Shown here: positions 51,642 through 64,000 of the stretch, in pieces
Position numbering within the stretch: position 1 is the stretch's first letter
Layout: each line of letters begins with the position of its first letter
From: Leucoraja ocellata
Lineage: Eukaryota
Direction of reading: 5' to 3'
Assembly: GCA_036785375.1 (NCBI GenBank)
Contig: JAWMAR010000001.1
Location: 18,848,001-18,912,000 of the forward strand
DNA length: 64,000 nt
The notes under the pieces: generated by a model
Databases searched by the model: none
The model's input: the letters and a program-made list of their open reading frames with translations, nothing else
Told to the model about the DNA's origin: nothing
Program-made: the position numbers and the translations under genes

Positions 51642-54214
51642 CTTAAAAGATACAAAAAGTAAAAACTTGGTTCTCCCCCTCTCCTGCCCCTCCAACTTTT
51701 CATTTTTAAGTCTATAACCAGGAGGCTCTCTAGGGTAGTCAGGGCTCGGTTCTTGAAACTAATTCCGTACAAGAAATTGTTGATGAGATCAGGATTTTTT
51801 TCTTCATGAACAGTATAATTTGTAAAATGTAGCTTCCATATGGCAATAATTGGTGAACCTGAGGTTCCACGCAACAACATGCTTCTCGATTTGAGGCACA
51901 GTGGAAATTACTCAGTACATTTACTGGGATGCAAAAGGAACTGCCATTAAACTGCCAAAAACCATCAACAATACAGATCCATCAGAATTTGCAAGCCTCA
52001 ACCCATTATACAGCATTAAGATACTTTTTGACATTTGAATATCTGGTAGCCAACTGAACATTGTAAGTCTCCTCAAAAGGCATAATGATATTTCCCAGTT
52101 GTCCTCCTCTAGTTATGTTGATAGAGGAGTAAACACAATCCTTTACATCCACATGACAGGACCTAACCGAAAAACATTATTGTAATTAAACATCAACCTG
52201 GATTTATGTTTTTGAATTTCTGGGTTGAGGAAAAAGTTAAATTTAATTCAGAGGTAGGTTACAACCATTGATCAAAAATTGTTTTGAAAAATACTTGAAG
52301 AAAATTGTAGTTAAACATAGCAGAATATTTCATAGACTTTTTTTTTTAATGCCCTGTTCCAACTTGTAAAACATCTTAACAGATATTTAAACATAACTGA
52401 TTTAGTTCAGCACAATGCCATAAAGAGCTCATCTTTCCTCTGCAAACAGTCAGTTGTAGAATGTGTGCAATGATGAAACATACAGGTGATGATGAAATTT
52501 TTACTGACTAAAAAGCTTTTACTCATCCGAAAGGAGATCCCGAGTAGGAACCCCCTATTAGTATTACGTCTTTCTTTCATTATACTTCAATGATCTTTGC
52601 AGCCCTCTCCCCATCTGCAGTATTCGTTCTCTTCATTTCCTCTTAGTGCTCTAGTCATTTTTTATGTGCTTAATTTTAATGTGACCTTCTCAGAATCCAT
52701 GCTTTCAAACTACAGGAAATATTTAATTGTAAATTATACTGCTCATGCACCACACCCAATACGAGTATAAATTCAAATTTATCAATGTAGATTATTAATT
52801 TTGTCTATAACTTATGCACAATTTATTTTAGAAACAATAGCATTAAGGATGGCTCTATTCATCCAAAGCAGATGTTCACTTTTACTTTTTGGGGGAAAAA
52901 AAAGAAAAGAAACAATGATTTAATAAAGTTTCCCTTTTTATGTCACTTTTAGCCAAAAAGGCTTTGCATCCATGAATACGTGGAAATATTTCTGATTTGA
53001 ATCTCTTCCAATTTCCTCACTGAGTGCACTCCCAAATCAATGTTTAGTGTTTAGATAAAAGTAAGTACTTAAAACACTGAAAATCTTAAATGAAATTTTA
53101 AAAATGTGTGGCTACAAAGCTCTATACATACGTTCTGGTTTTAATTTCTTCAAATTAGATGAATGAAGTAAACTAGCTTTGTTTTATTACTCAGCCCTCA
53201 AATTCTGACTGGCCACTATAGGGTTGAATGATACTTCTGCAATTGGATGGAATCCACAGCAATTCTAATCCTAGCATGGAACAAATTTCCATGAAAAAAA
53301 GCTATCTTTTATTACAAGTGAGACAAATGTGTGTAACCAGGCTGAGAATAATTAAAATAAGTGGCTGAGGAGAAGTTAATGGCCCAAGGTTACAGAATTA
53401 ATAATCCCACATCAAAGCAGAGAATATTACTTTAACTCAAGAGAAAACTAACTACTTTTCTCCCCATCTCACAATCACCAGAAAATATGTTTAAAAAAGT
53501 TATTATTATCTGCCTTTTCATTAGCCGATCGCTGAAATGGTGAGATGCCATCAGGAAAGGGTTTATGGCAGATATATGGCTATTAGTAGACGTGGCTATA
53601 ATCGTCAATTAGCAGGTCTGCGGTGAGCAGTGCAGATGTAAGAGATAGTCTTGCTATCATGAAGGGTTTGGATAATTTAGAAGGAACGGAAGTGATGAGT
53701 TCAGTAACATAGGTGTTTACCAAATATAATCAGGCAGATACCAGACCCTCAAGGATGTGAAGATCAAGTGAACCAGGAATAACTAAAAAGGTGGGGTGAG
53801 GGCAGAAAAAGAGCACATCTGGGATAATGCAGTATTAACCACAATCAAACTTTCCTCTCCATTCTTTCTGTCTACCCAATCATTCTCCTTTCATCCCACC
53901 CTTCCCCAAATTATGTCTACCTTCCACTTACAACCATGCCCATTCACTGCCCAGACTGCACCTATCCTTACTTTGAATTCCGTCAGCTTCATTTCTCCGC
54001 CCACCCACACCCCTCACAAATAATCTTGTCCACCTTCCCCTTCAACCCAAACACACACCCCACTGTCTCCCAGACTGCGTCCATTCCTACTGCCATCCTC
54101 GCTACCCTCAACCACTGGTCACCTCATTCAATGCACAGAACGTATCTGCCATCCTCATTGGCCTTAACCACTGCTGTCCATTCTCCACTTCCATCCCATT
54201 CAACTCCGCAGAAT

Positions 54215-54310
54215 ACAGTCTGAAGGGTCTCGACCCAAAATGTCACCCATTCCTTCTCTTCAGAGAAACTGCCTGGCCCGCTGAGTATTTTGTGTCTATC
54301 TGCAGTTCCA
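54215..54310 (+). mobile_element. PLE terminal-repeat fragment
   Basis: gtctgaagggtctcgacccaaaatgtcacccattcc (core decayed). Confidence 0.7.
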
Positions 54311-54679
54311 AACTGCACGTCCATCCCTACTTACTTCCACCCCAACCATCCACATTACCCCCAACCACTGCTGCCCATCTTCTACCATCCCATTCGCTCC
54401 CCAGACTGAATTCATCCTTACCACCACCTTATTCACCCCTCCCTGTCACACCTTCTACTATCTGCACCCCCGTATCTAATCAACCCTTCCCTCATTATCC
54501 TTTTCATCTCCGCCAGTGTCCCACCACCTACCTAGATTCCCATTCCTCTAACCTCCATCGCCAATGCATCCATTGCCCCTCCCCCTCCCCTCCCCCTCCC
54601 CTCCCCCTCATTCCTTCGGCTCCCCGATTCCCCCTCCCAACCTTTCACTCCTCCCCCGAATCACAGTCCCTCCTAAAGC

Positions 54680-55330
54680 CCCGCTCCACCCCGCTCGCCT
54701 TCACCCTCCCACCCACGCGTTCCCTCTTCTTCTCCTCCTCCCTCCAAAACTCCTCACAGCCATTTGGCCCGAACTCACCGCAAACCCAGGGGCTCCCGCA
54801 GAATCTTCTGGAAGTACCTCGGCTCTCGCGCGCCGCCGACTATCCCATTGACTTCCGATCCCCGCTATTCTTCTGAAGGGTTTTCGCTCCTTGCTCCGCG
54901 ACGCAAAATGAGCCGGAGGTTTCGCCGGAAAACTTTCTCGCCGACCATCACAACACAACACAACACAACACAACTCAACTCCGCCACAGGGCACCGCCCC
55001 CTCTGGCCCTCCTACCGTCCCTCCCACTGGCTGCCCCACCGACGCCTTCGCCACCGATCCACAATACCATTGGTCACCACCAATGCCCGTCAGCACACCG
55101 GGCTGCTGTGAATGGCTCAAACTCACGTCGGTCAAGCTAAATCCCGCCCCTCCGACGCAGGATTGGACACCCCAGCCGTCGCTCAAGCTGCGAGCCCGCC
55201 CATCCGCGTGACGTCGCCACTTCTACCCGAACTCGACACGCGATTGGGCGAAAGTGCCGTCAATCACACCGCGATGTCCCGCCCCCCTGTTGGGTAAGAC
55301 GAACGTCCATCAAACGCCCCATAATAATGA
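54680..55330 (-). promoter_or_regulatory. CpG-island promoter
   Basis: Most CpG-dense stretch in the window; GC box CCCGCCCC 55143-55150; CCAAT on the minus strand at 55162-55166 and 55243-55247; CRE-like TGACGTCG 55209-55216. Confidence 0.8.
54779..55120 (-). other. TNRC6B: TNRC6B distal first exon (5'-UTR); 5' boundary approximate
   Basis: Lies in the CpG island; strong donor GCG|GTGAGT (GT at 54778-54777); lies upstream of the coding exons on the same strand. Confidence 0.7.
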
Positions 55331-55569
55331 GTGCGTGTGTTCCTCTCAGCATCTTTTCATTGTCCTACTGCTTACCATTACCTCACTCGAATCTTGTCAG
55401 CCAAGGCGTATAAATTGCCGTCCTTCAAAAAAACGAAAATAACCCGCCTCAGTTTTGGCTTTGTGCCTGTTGGCATGCTCCCCACAGCCCGTTGCTGGAG
55501 CGACATAGGCTCAGGGAAGCGTCCATTAAAGGAGTCCCCGCCCTCCATGTTGTTTGCTGCTGTTTACCT

Positions 55570-56240
55570 TGTCTGAGGAAGGTTCTGGACCTCGAACGTC
55601 GGCTGCCCCCTTTTCCCTCCACTCATGCCGCCTAAACCGCCGTTCCAGCAGTTATAGACTCATACAAACCACAACCATTTCCCTATCACTTCTCTTTCTC
55701 CCCTGACTCTGTCTGAAGACGGCTCTCGACCTCTAACGTCGTCGTTCCCTCCACTGATGCCGCCAAGTTCCTCCAGCATAGAGAGTTAAGCAACATAGGA
55801 AAAGGCCCTTTCCCTATCACTTCTCTTTCTCCCCTGACTCTCTTGGTTTCTTGGTCCTCCAAAATATTCCAAATGGAATTTAAACTGGAGGTGGTGGAGG
55901 GAGGACTTAAGAAGGGTTTTCTCAGTCTGAAGAAGACTCTCGACCTCAAACGTCACCCATTTCTTCTCTGCAAAGATGCTACCTGACCCGCTGAGTTACT
56001 CCAGTATTTTGTGTTTAAGTTCCACCATGCCCTTTTTCGACCTCAAACGTCGTCTGCCCGTTTCTCTTCACAGATGCTGCCTGACCCGCTGAGTCCTTCC
56101 AGCAGCTACAGAGCCACACAACACAAGAACGGGCCCTTCAGTCCAACTTGCTCATACTGACCAAGATGTCTCATCTACACTAGTCTCATTTCCCACATTT
56201 GGCCCACACCCCTCTAAACCTTTCCTATCCATGTACAAAT
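55570..56240 (+). mobile_element. Cluster of four PLE terminal-repeat fragments plus LINE tails
   Basis: Repeated ctgaRga...cgacct..aacgtc units at about 55572, 55711, 55925 and 56038. Confidence 0.7.
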
Positions 56241-57084
56241 GTTTCAACAGTTGGTTATTTTCCCCTCAAGATTCCAGTATATGCAGTCTCTAGTGTCTGC
56301 TATTTATCTTGCATCTATCATGGCAGCAGACTAGTTCTTAATTATTTGTTCTCTGCTTTCTAATTCAAATTTCTGCCCAGGAGACCAGCAGAGGGCAGTG
56401 GATAATAGAAGTTTACATGCAATACTCCGATCTGTGAGGACTTCACGCCAATTGAACTACCTCTTTAAGGCTCTTTAAAGGCTTTAAGTTAAATATATTG
56501 TGTCTCAGCTCATTGAACTGACAAAAGCAATGCAGAAGGGAGGATTTAAAGATAATAAAGTGTTTACAGCCTATTAATTCCTCTTCAACTCCAGGAATAT
56601 TGAAACCATTGTGATAATAAGAAATAAATTCTTGCACTTGTTCTGTACCTTTCAGGCCATCCGAAAGTGCTTTGCAGGTAATGAAGTGCTATTTGAAGTG
56701 TAATCACTGTTGTAATATAAGGTGCACCACATTTGATTATGAGCAGTCTTTAAGAATCCAGAAACAGCAATGTGATCTTTTCTCTTAACCAACAGTAGTT
56801 TATGGATGAGTTTCAGTTCTGGATAAAGTCCTTTGATCTTCCCTGCAAGCGATCTACCTGCGAAACAGTATCAGTTTAATGGCCTGCCTCTAACAATGCA
56901 CCATTCCTCAATAATCCACTGTACCACCCTCGATGTTTCTGAAGAAGTTTCCAAAGTGTGACTCAAATACACGTCCTTATGATTCAGAGGTAAGAACGTG
57001 ACCATTGACCTATTATGGCACAATGTTGATGTTTACACAGGGTCAAATGATTATGGGTGGGTTGGTGTATTTGAAGGTCTAATT

Positions 57085-57655
57085 GGTAAAGTACAGAGGA
57101 TAAGGGGGTTCATAAATAGAGATATAGAGTTCAAAACCAGAACATGATATGTTTTTTAAATCCTGCAGGAAAGATGAGGAGACTTTTGAGGTGCAGAGGA
57201 GGTTTACCAGAATGCTGCCTGGATTAGAGGGTTTCAGCTACAAAGAAAAGTTGGATAAATTTTGATTGTTTTCACTGGAACATCAGAGGTTGAGAGGAGA
57301 CTTGTTAGTCGTATATACAATTATGAGAAGCAAAGATAAGGTAGAGTGTCAGAATCTTTTTCCAAGGGTGGAAATGTGTAATATTAGAGGGCATAGCAAT
57401 AAGGTGAGAAGGGGAAAGTTTAATGGAGATGTGTAAGCCAAGTTTTTTGTACAGAGGATAATGGGAGCTTGGAACACATTGTCTGGGTTGGTAGTGGGGG
57501 CAGATATGATATTGGCATTTAAGACACTTTTAGACAGGCACATTGAAGTGCGAGGCATATGGATCATGTACAGCCAGATGAGCTCAGTTTAGCTTGGGGT
57601 TGTGTTCAGCACAAACATTGTTGGCCGAAGGGCCTTTCCATGTGCTATCCTGTTC
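57085..57655 (+). mobile_element. CR1 LINE 3' part
   Basis: Decayed VQRRFTRMLPGL...RLRGDL and 3'-UTR. Confidence 0.8.
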
Positions 57656-57908
57656 GATGCTGAATATCTGAAATAAAAACAGAAAATGGTAGAAACGTTC
57701 AGTAGATCAGGCATCATCTGTGGAGGATAAATATATTTTTTGTCACTGGGTGGAAAAAATCCAAAATTGGAGAGCATTTTTCAAAATCAGAGAAGATTGA
57801 TAGCATTAAGAACACAGGTTAGATCACAAGTGGACAATTATGTTCATTATTAAAAGAACATGAAGGTGCTAGAAGTTTTACTAGTGCTTTGAGAGATGAC
57901 AGATTCAA

Positions 57909-58126
57909 ATTTAGTTTCGAGATACAGCGTGGAAACAAGCCCTTTGGCCCACTGAGTCCGTGCTGACCAGCATTCACCTGTACACTAGTTCTATCCTACA
58001 CACTAGGGACAATTTACAGAAGTCGATTAACCCACAAACCTGCATGTCTTTGGAATGTGGGAGTCAGGATCATACCCGTGTCTCTGGCGCTGTCAGGCAG
58101 CAACTCTACCGCTGCACCACAGTGCC
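57909..58126 (-). mobile_element. V-SINE with an internal deletion
   Basis: Tail and head present; part of the V-domain missing. Confidence 0.75.
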
Positions 58127-59425
58127 AGCTGCAAGATTAGATTGGAGAAATGGGAATCTTATCTTTGGCACAAAGAAGGTTCAGAGGAAATTAGATCAAG
58201 GTGAAGAAAATAATGGGCTTGGATGAAGTAAATGGAGTACCTGTTCCCATAAGTGATTCAAGGACCAAATGTAATTTATTAAACTGGGGGGGGGGGGGAG
58301 TATATATCCGGATGGGAGGCATGAGCAATAACCCCTTTGCTCTTCACGCAGATGCTGCCTGACCTGCCTAGTGTTTCCAGAATTGTTTTTGATTTCATCT
58401 GCAATGTTTGAGTTCCATCTCAAGAATACCATCACCTGGTATTCTTGAGCTTGTGAATGATCATCAGCGTCTTTGAAGAAACTTCACCAGTACCTGTTAA
58501 TGAAAACAATATATGTGCATAACGGTTAATCATTTGAGATCATTGCTGTTCTACCACAAAACAGAAAGGAGGTTGCAGAAAATGATTATTTAAGTGCACA
58601 CATATGCATAAAGGATCATTTATTAAGAAGTCCATCTCCCAGAAATTAGAAAAGTAACAACCAAAAAATTTATTTCGGTGAAACCAATCTTTATTTGAAG
58701 CAAGGACCTGCAGGTGCTAGTTTACAAAAAGGGAACGGAGGAAGGATCCCGACCCGAAACGTCACCTATCCATGTTCTCCCAGGATGCTGCTTGATCCGC
58801 TGAGTCACCCCAGCACTGTGTCTTTTTTTTTAATCCATCTATTGCTCGTGGTCTGGAGCTTGATGAGAATGAAGCATTTCCTTTCTTTGGTTCTATTCGC
58901 AGGATCCCTGGCCAGTAAATGCTGTCATGTTCTCGGGGACACATCCCTTCACTCCCATCTGTGAGGGGTGCACATGCTGTCCACTTCATGACTTGAAAGG
59001 AAATGCCCTTGGCCTATAAAGATCAGGTCACTTTGAGTGTTGAGTTTATACCTCTCATGTTAAACTATGATATGAGAACAGATTCAACATCACAGAGTAT
59101 CATTTTCCTACCCTGTTTGAACCAACTTGCTACAGCTGCTGCACTTGATTCTCTAGAAAATCAAAAATAATTGTTAACGCTGGAAATCTGAAGTAAATAT
59201 AGAAACACTCAGCAAGTCAGGCAGCATGCCTGGGCAAAGAAACAAAGTTAAGCTTTCAAAGATCCCTCATCAGGTCTGTGGAAAGTGAAACAGCGTAAAC
59301 ATTTTACTTTCAGCTGAAACATAAACCCTGTTTCTCTTTCCATAGATCGGCTGACCTGCGAAGTATGTCCAGCATCTATATCATCTTGTCTGATAGCTTC
59401 CTCAATCCCCTGTATAAATGACTTT

Positions 59426-59499
59426 CCTTCGATAGCTCAGCTGGTCGAGCAGAGTACTGTAGTGGAAACGGTCATCTGTTTCGACGACGGTTTGAAGGG
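59426..59499 (+). pseudogene. tRNA-Tyr(GTA) pseudogene, intron-containing
   Basis: CCTTCGATAGCTCAGCTGGTCGAGCAGAGTACTGTAG + about 11-nt intron + ATC; variable arm deleted, T-arm decayed; ends TTGAAGG. Confidence 0.8.
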
Positions 59500-59512
59500 A
59501 ATGCTTCCTTTA

Positions 59513-60855
59513 GGGCGGCACAGTGGTGCAGCTGGTATAGCAGCTGCCTCAGAGCACCAGAGAACCGGATTCTATCCTGACCTCAGTTTGGCTGTATGGA
59601 GATGAAAATATTCTCCCTGTGACCATGTGGGTTTCTCCGGGTGCTCTGGTTTCCTTCTACATCCCCCAAAATGTGCATGGTTGTGGTAAATTGCACCTAA
59701 TTTGTTGGGAGTATATAAAGTAAAGTAAAGTAAAGTATCCCTTTTTGTCATTCAGACATTTCAGTCTGAACAAAAATGTATACCTTGCAGTCATAACATA
59801 GAATAAAATAACAAAACGCACACTTAACACATCCACCACAGTGAGTCTACTACACACCTCCTCATTGTGATGGAAGGCAAAAGTCTTAAAGTCCTTGCCT
59901 CTTCCTTCCTCGTCTCCCTCTGCGTTGAGGTGATCCAGCTTTCGATGTAGGGACCCCGGCGGGTGATGGTAAGTCCAGCGGCCGCATCCGAGCTCCACGA
60001 GCTCGCTGGTTCAAACTCCGCGGCCTGGGGTGGTCGAAGCTGCCACCCTCCAGTCCAGCGACAAAGCTGTTGTTGCGGGAAAGGAAATTGAAATGATCAT
60101 TTATTAAGAAGTCTATCTCCCAGAAATTAGAAAAGTAACAACCAACAAATGTATTTAGGTGAAACCAATCTGATCCATCTTTATTTGAAGCAAGGAACTG
60201 CAGATGCTAGTTTACAAAAAGGGGCCGGAGGAAGGATCCCGACCTGAAACGTCACCTATCCATGTTCTCCTGGGAAGCTGCTTCAGTCACCCCAGCACTG
60301 TGCTTTTTTTTAATGCATCTTTTGCTCGTGGTCTGGAGCTTGATGAGAATGACGCATTTCCTTTATTTGGTTCTATTCTCAGGATCCCTGGCCAGTAAAT
60401 GCTCTCATGCTCTCGGGGACACAACTCTTCACTCCCATCTGTGAGGGGTGCACATGCTGTCCACTTCATGACTAGAAAGAAAATTGCCTTGGCCTATAAA
60501 GATCTGGCCACTTTGAGTGCTGAGTTTATACCTCTCATGTTAAACTATGAAATGAGAACAGATTCAACATCACAGAGTATAATTTTCCTACCCTGTTTGA
60601 ACCAACTTGCTTCAGCTGCTGCACTTGATTCTCTAGAAAATCAAAAATAATTGTTAACGCTGGAAATCTGAAGTAAATATAGAAACACTCGGCAAGTCAG
60701 GCAGCATGCCTGGGGAAAGAAATAAAGTTAAGCTTTCAAAGATCCCTCATCAGGTCTGTGGAAAGTGAAACAGCGTAGATGAGAACGTGGGATAACATAG
60801 AACTAGTGTGAACGGTAAATCGATAGTCAAGGTGGGCTGAATGGGCTCTTTCCAA
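59513..60855 (+). mobile_element. V-SINE split into 59513-59713 and 60775-60855
   Basis: Head and V-domain lie before the insert; the tail gtagatgagaacgtgggataacatagaactag follows it. Confidence 0.75.
59715..60078 (-). mobile_element. Retroposon 3' fragment with a (TAAAG)n tail
   Basis: Shares tgtgatggaaggcaaa..gtc with 14570-14745. Confidence 0.6.
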
Positions 60856-61079
60856 AGAAAATTGCAATGCGTCCAGCCAAATTGGAGATACAAGAAACTG
60901 CATTTGCAAAAAAACACAAAGTGCTGGAATAACTCAGACTGACATTTTGCATCATAGACCAGCTCGCCCTGATCCAAAATGTTGCCTATCCATGTCCACC
61001 ACAGATGCTGCCTGATCCACTGAATTAATCCAGCACTTTTGTGTTTGTCTTGCCAATTTGACCATCTCAAGCTCTTTTG

Positions 61080-62460
61080 TATCTTTGAGATAGTTCATTT
61101 TTGCTTGAACCTTATTCACCCTTTATGTTGTATGCCTGACTTCTCATTAGCATTCACTGTGACCTCTTTGGCACTGTTTGTAAGATTTTAATAACAATGA
61201 AGTCAGATGACATCTAATCACTGTGTTCACATGCCATTTCCTTAATTGCAACTGATGATATTTCTTCAGTCCAAAGATGACAGCAAGCAGCTCCCTTTTT
61301 CAGCTTGTGTGTAATATGTCTCCATATCTGCCAGACCTCTGCTTGTGTATTTCATCAGTTGACCCTCCTCCAGGTTCATTGCTCCATCTTTTACGAGCCT
61401 GCTTATGCAGGCAACTCCTTATCATCAAAGTAGTGCACCATAACCTCTTCTGTGAATGTTTCAATTTCATTTGAGCCAACCAACACTTCACTGATGAAAA
61501 GACCTTGACTCAAAACATTGACTCTTTAACTTGACTAGGCTCTTTAATGTATCTGGAACCTAAGCATATTCTCAGGCCCACAAAATCAGAAAATGACGGA
61601 TGCATTTACTGGTGCCGCTGTCAGTGTTTTAGTCGGTGTCTGCACCTCCACTTTAGTTTCTTCTTGATAGCCACCAGTGCAGGTCTCAGTTGGTGTACTG
61701 CTGGTAACTTCTACTCATTTAAGACAGGTGGTATTTGCCTTCTAGTGTACCTGATCCATTAAAAATTTCTGCATATTCACTTGTGAGTTGTAAGGTGAAG
61801 TCATCGCTGGTAATGAATCAATCTTCATGACCCTCTAAAAGCATCCTTTTATCATTCTCATCTCTGCATGGCACTTCTTCCAAATATGAGTGTGACATCA
61901 TTCCACTTTACCACAAAGAAATCTATATTGTTTCTCTCAGCTTTCCGGATTATTTGGGTCCCCTTCCATCATTGAATATGTCCCAGATGGCTTCAATATG
62001 GTCTCATTCACAAACAGCACATGGTTTAAAAATAGATGACTTGCCTTGGAAGAGCATCGCATATTACTCTGGACTCAATCAATGTGTCTGGTTACCCTTG
62101 CACTGACATCTTGAAAGACTTATTTCTAGTGAGCGTTCCTTGACAGATTGACCTCCTTTGGCATCTGGTATATTGCTTTCAATTGGTATTCGAAATTGGA
62201 TCGTACATGGCATCTCATCCACTCCATGGACATTCAATGTCCTCATTATGCAATGATTTTCAAATCCATATTATACATAGTCCTAACCAGAGCATTTGGT
62301 TGTGTTGCTGAACACAAAATGTGGAATCTTAAAGGAAACATGGCTCTACTTATTTTGTTTTTTATCTTGCACTTTGCTATAAGTAGTACTTTTATTGGCC
62401 ATCAGACACTTCTAGCACCCATAGCTTTTCATATCTGCATCCATTTTTCTAGGTCTAATT
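61080..62460 (-). mobile_element. Highly decayed Ty3/Gypsy LTR retrotransposon gag-pol relic
   Basis: Minus-strand remnants in pol order: IDFFVV..LIFGRSAM (protease), GTLEGKYHL (RT start), QAEK/ELLAVIFGLKKYHQ (RNase H), VPKRSQ*MLMRSQAY. Confidence 0.65.
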
Positions 62461-62717
62461 CCTATCTCACATAGAAGTTCTTCTTTCCAGATGGACTACC
62501 AGATCCAACAATAATTTGATCTCTAATCCATTAAATTATGTATATCTGCCAACAATCTTTGCGCCACTAGAAAAGTGAAAGGATTCTCTCTATTCCATTG
62601 AAGGGGTTGAGATATACTGTAGTACAATTCTCTTCCCATCATGACCAATGGTGTACAATTTTCTTTTAAAATGTAGTTTGCTTTATTTGTGCTAGGTAGC
62701 TCAGTATACAAAGTAAA

Positions 62718-62948
62718 AAAAGACACACAATGGTGGAGTAAATCAGTGGGTTAGTCAGCATCGTTGGAGAACATGGATAAGTGATGTTTCGGATTGGGAC
62801 CCTTCTTCAGTTTCGAGCCTGAAGAAGGGTCCCAATCCAAAATAATACCTATGTATGTTCTCGAGAGATGCTGCCTGACCTGCTGACTAAATCCAGCACT
62901 TTGTGTCTTTTTTTGTAAACCGGCATCTGCATACATCCTCGTATCTCC
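62718..62948. mobile_element. Fold-back PLE terminal-repeat element
   Basis: Inverted arms meeting at ccttcttcag...ctgaagaaggg; perfect 12-bp TSD atacaaagtaaa (62706-62717 / 62949-62960). Confidence 0.85.
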
Positions 62949-64000
62949 ATACAAAGTAAACCTTACTGGTTCAATATCACATTTTTTACAATCTTGCTAA
63001 TGGATAAAACAAATTTTACTGTGAACTCATAACTTTCTAAGCCTCGATCACTTCTTTCCCCTATACGATGTAGTCAGTGGTGGCTTATTGGTGGTTTTCA
63101 CAGACTCTAGATTAAAGATTCAAGTCTTATTCCAGAGATACTCCTTCATTTCCACTCTGACCTTGGTGGTACCTTTTCTGCCCTGTTTGCGTTGCTCACT
63201 TCGGTCATGGTATTCCTGTAAATTTGACTTCCCACCTCCACCTACTCAGCTCAGTTATTACCCCCATATCAATGTCTTTACAAATAGTGAACAGAAGTGT
63301 TCAAAGAAAATGGAAAAAGAACACCACTTTAATGATTTTTCATAGTGGTTGCTTGCAGCAGTGTCTAGGTGATTAATTGTTATCGTATTTGAGACAAAAG
63401 ATTCTCGTTCTTGCTCTGTAATCCCAGAGGAGGCCCAGATGCCAAAACACATGTCTAACATCACAGTGTTCCAAGCAATTCGTTTACATAAAATGTACAG
63501 AGCAGATATAGGCCATAGGCCCAAGTGGTATATTTCCCACACAAACCACCCTCCATCTTATTTAACCATATTTTACCAATATGCTTTGTATGTTATCTAG
63601 TTTCCCCTGATATTCAAACACATTCTGCATTAAGCCACGGCAATTTTGCTTACATTTCGGAATGCTTTAGTGTCAAGTGAAAAAAAAAGATTTACTTATT
63701 AGCAGGATTATCCTTCTTCCTAGCACATTCTCTCCAAATAAAGACTGGTAAATTAATCATGACATTAATGGTAGTGCTATTCTCAACATTCAAACAATCT
63801 TAAAAATGAATGTTCTTACCTGCTCATAGAAAATAACCAGATTTTACTAGTTGTGACTCCCCTGATCCAATGTTATTTAAAATGACAATACTCAAACTGC
63901 ATTCATTATTCTCATTGAGATGTGCGACCTTTGACTTCAAACCGATATGAGTTTAGACTGACTTCTATGGAAGTAGGGTCAGGGGCTCTCTCAGTTTCTT

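Larger units (their letters stand above)
58614..60777 (+). repeat. Local direct duplication: 58614-59297 and 60095-60777
   Basis: About 683-bp copies colinear from gatcatttattaagaagtc to gaaagtgaaacagcgta with scattered differences. Confidence 0.95.

Noticed and set aside
54292-54876. 194-aa proline-rich ORF on the plus strand
   Set aside because: By-product of the C-rich skew, begins inside a PLE fragment and is antisense to TNRC6B
54701-55186. 161-aa minus-strand ORF in the CpG island
   Set aside because: Starts at TTG, probably upstream of the TSS, has no ATG in the exonic part and runs through the donor; typical of GC-rich DNA
572-62948. Recurring palindromic repeats as a CRISPR array or terminators
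   Set aside because: Eukaryotic locus; copies are dispersed, irregularly spaced and linked to PLE ORF remnants
63240-63860. 94-aa ORF and donor-like CAG|GTAAGA near the window end as a neighbouring gene
   Set aside because: No recognisable protein similarity or consistent exon structure

Overview
This is vertebrate genomic DNA. The repeat content (V-SINE/HE1-like and Deu-domain SINEs, CR1, Rex-Babar, Penelope-like elements) points to a cartilaginous fish, probably a skate or ray (inference). The window holds the 5' part of a minus-strand TNRC6B (GW182-family) gene. It has a CpG-island promoter and first exon near 54.8-55.3 kb, 5'-UTR exons at 51484-51641 and 37272-37342, coding exons at 29056-29124 and 22427-22497 (MEKMTEELHIQTKEQ...EREDF...EESKQ), and an internal promoter/first exon at about 3271-3550 encoding only 'M-R'. 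The common downstream exons lie left of the window. The rest is intronic or upstream DNA rich in transposon relics, including a Passport-like Tc1, a Gypsy relic, a tRNA-Tyr pseudogene and a 0.68-kb local duplication. Most interesting: (i) short, TSD-flanked, often fold-back Penelope-derived elements carrying minimal hammerhead-ribozyme cores; (ii) a dense uORF architecture in both TNRC6B leaders; (iii) a candidate alternative last exon giving a 46-aa micro-isoform; (iv) an unexplained perfect 28-nt direct repeat bracketing that exon. Gene identity and all human comparisons are from memory of TNRC6B, with no database search. Repeat boundaries are approximate, and most ORFs in the supplied track are spurious or transposon remnants.
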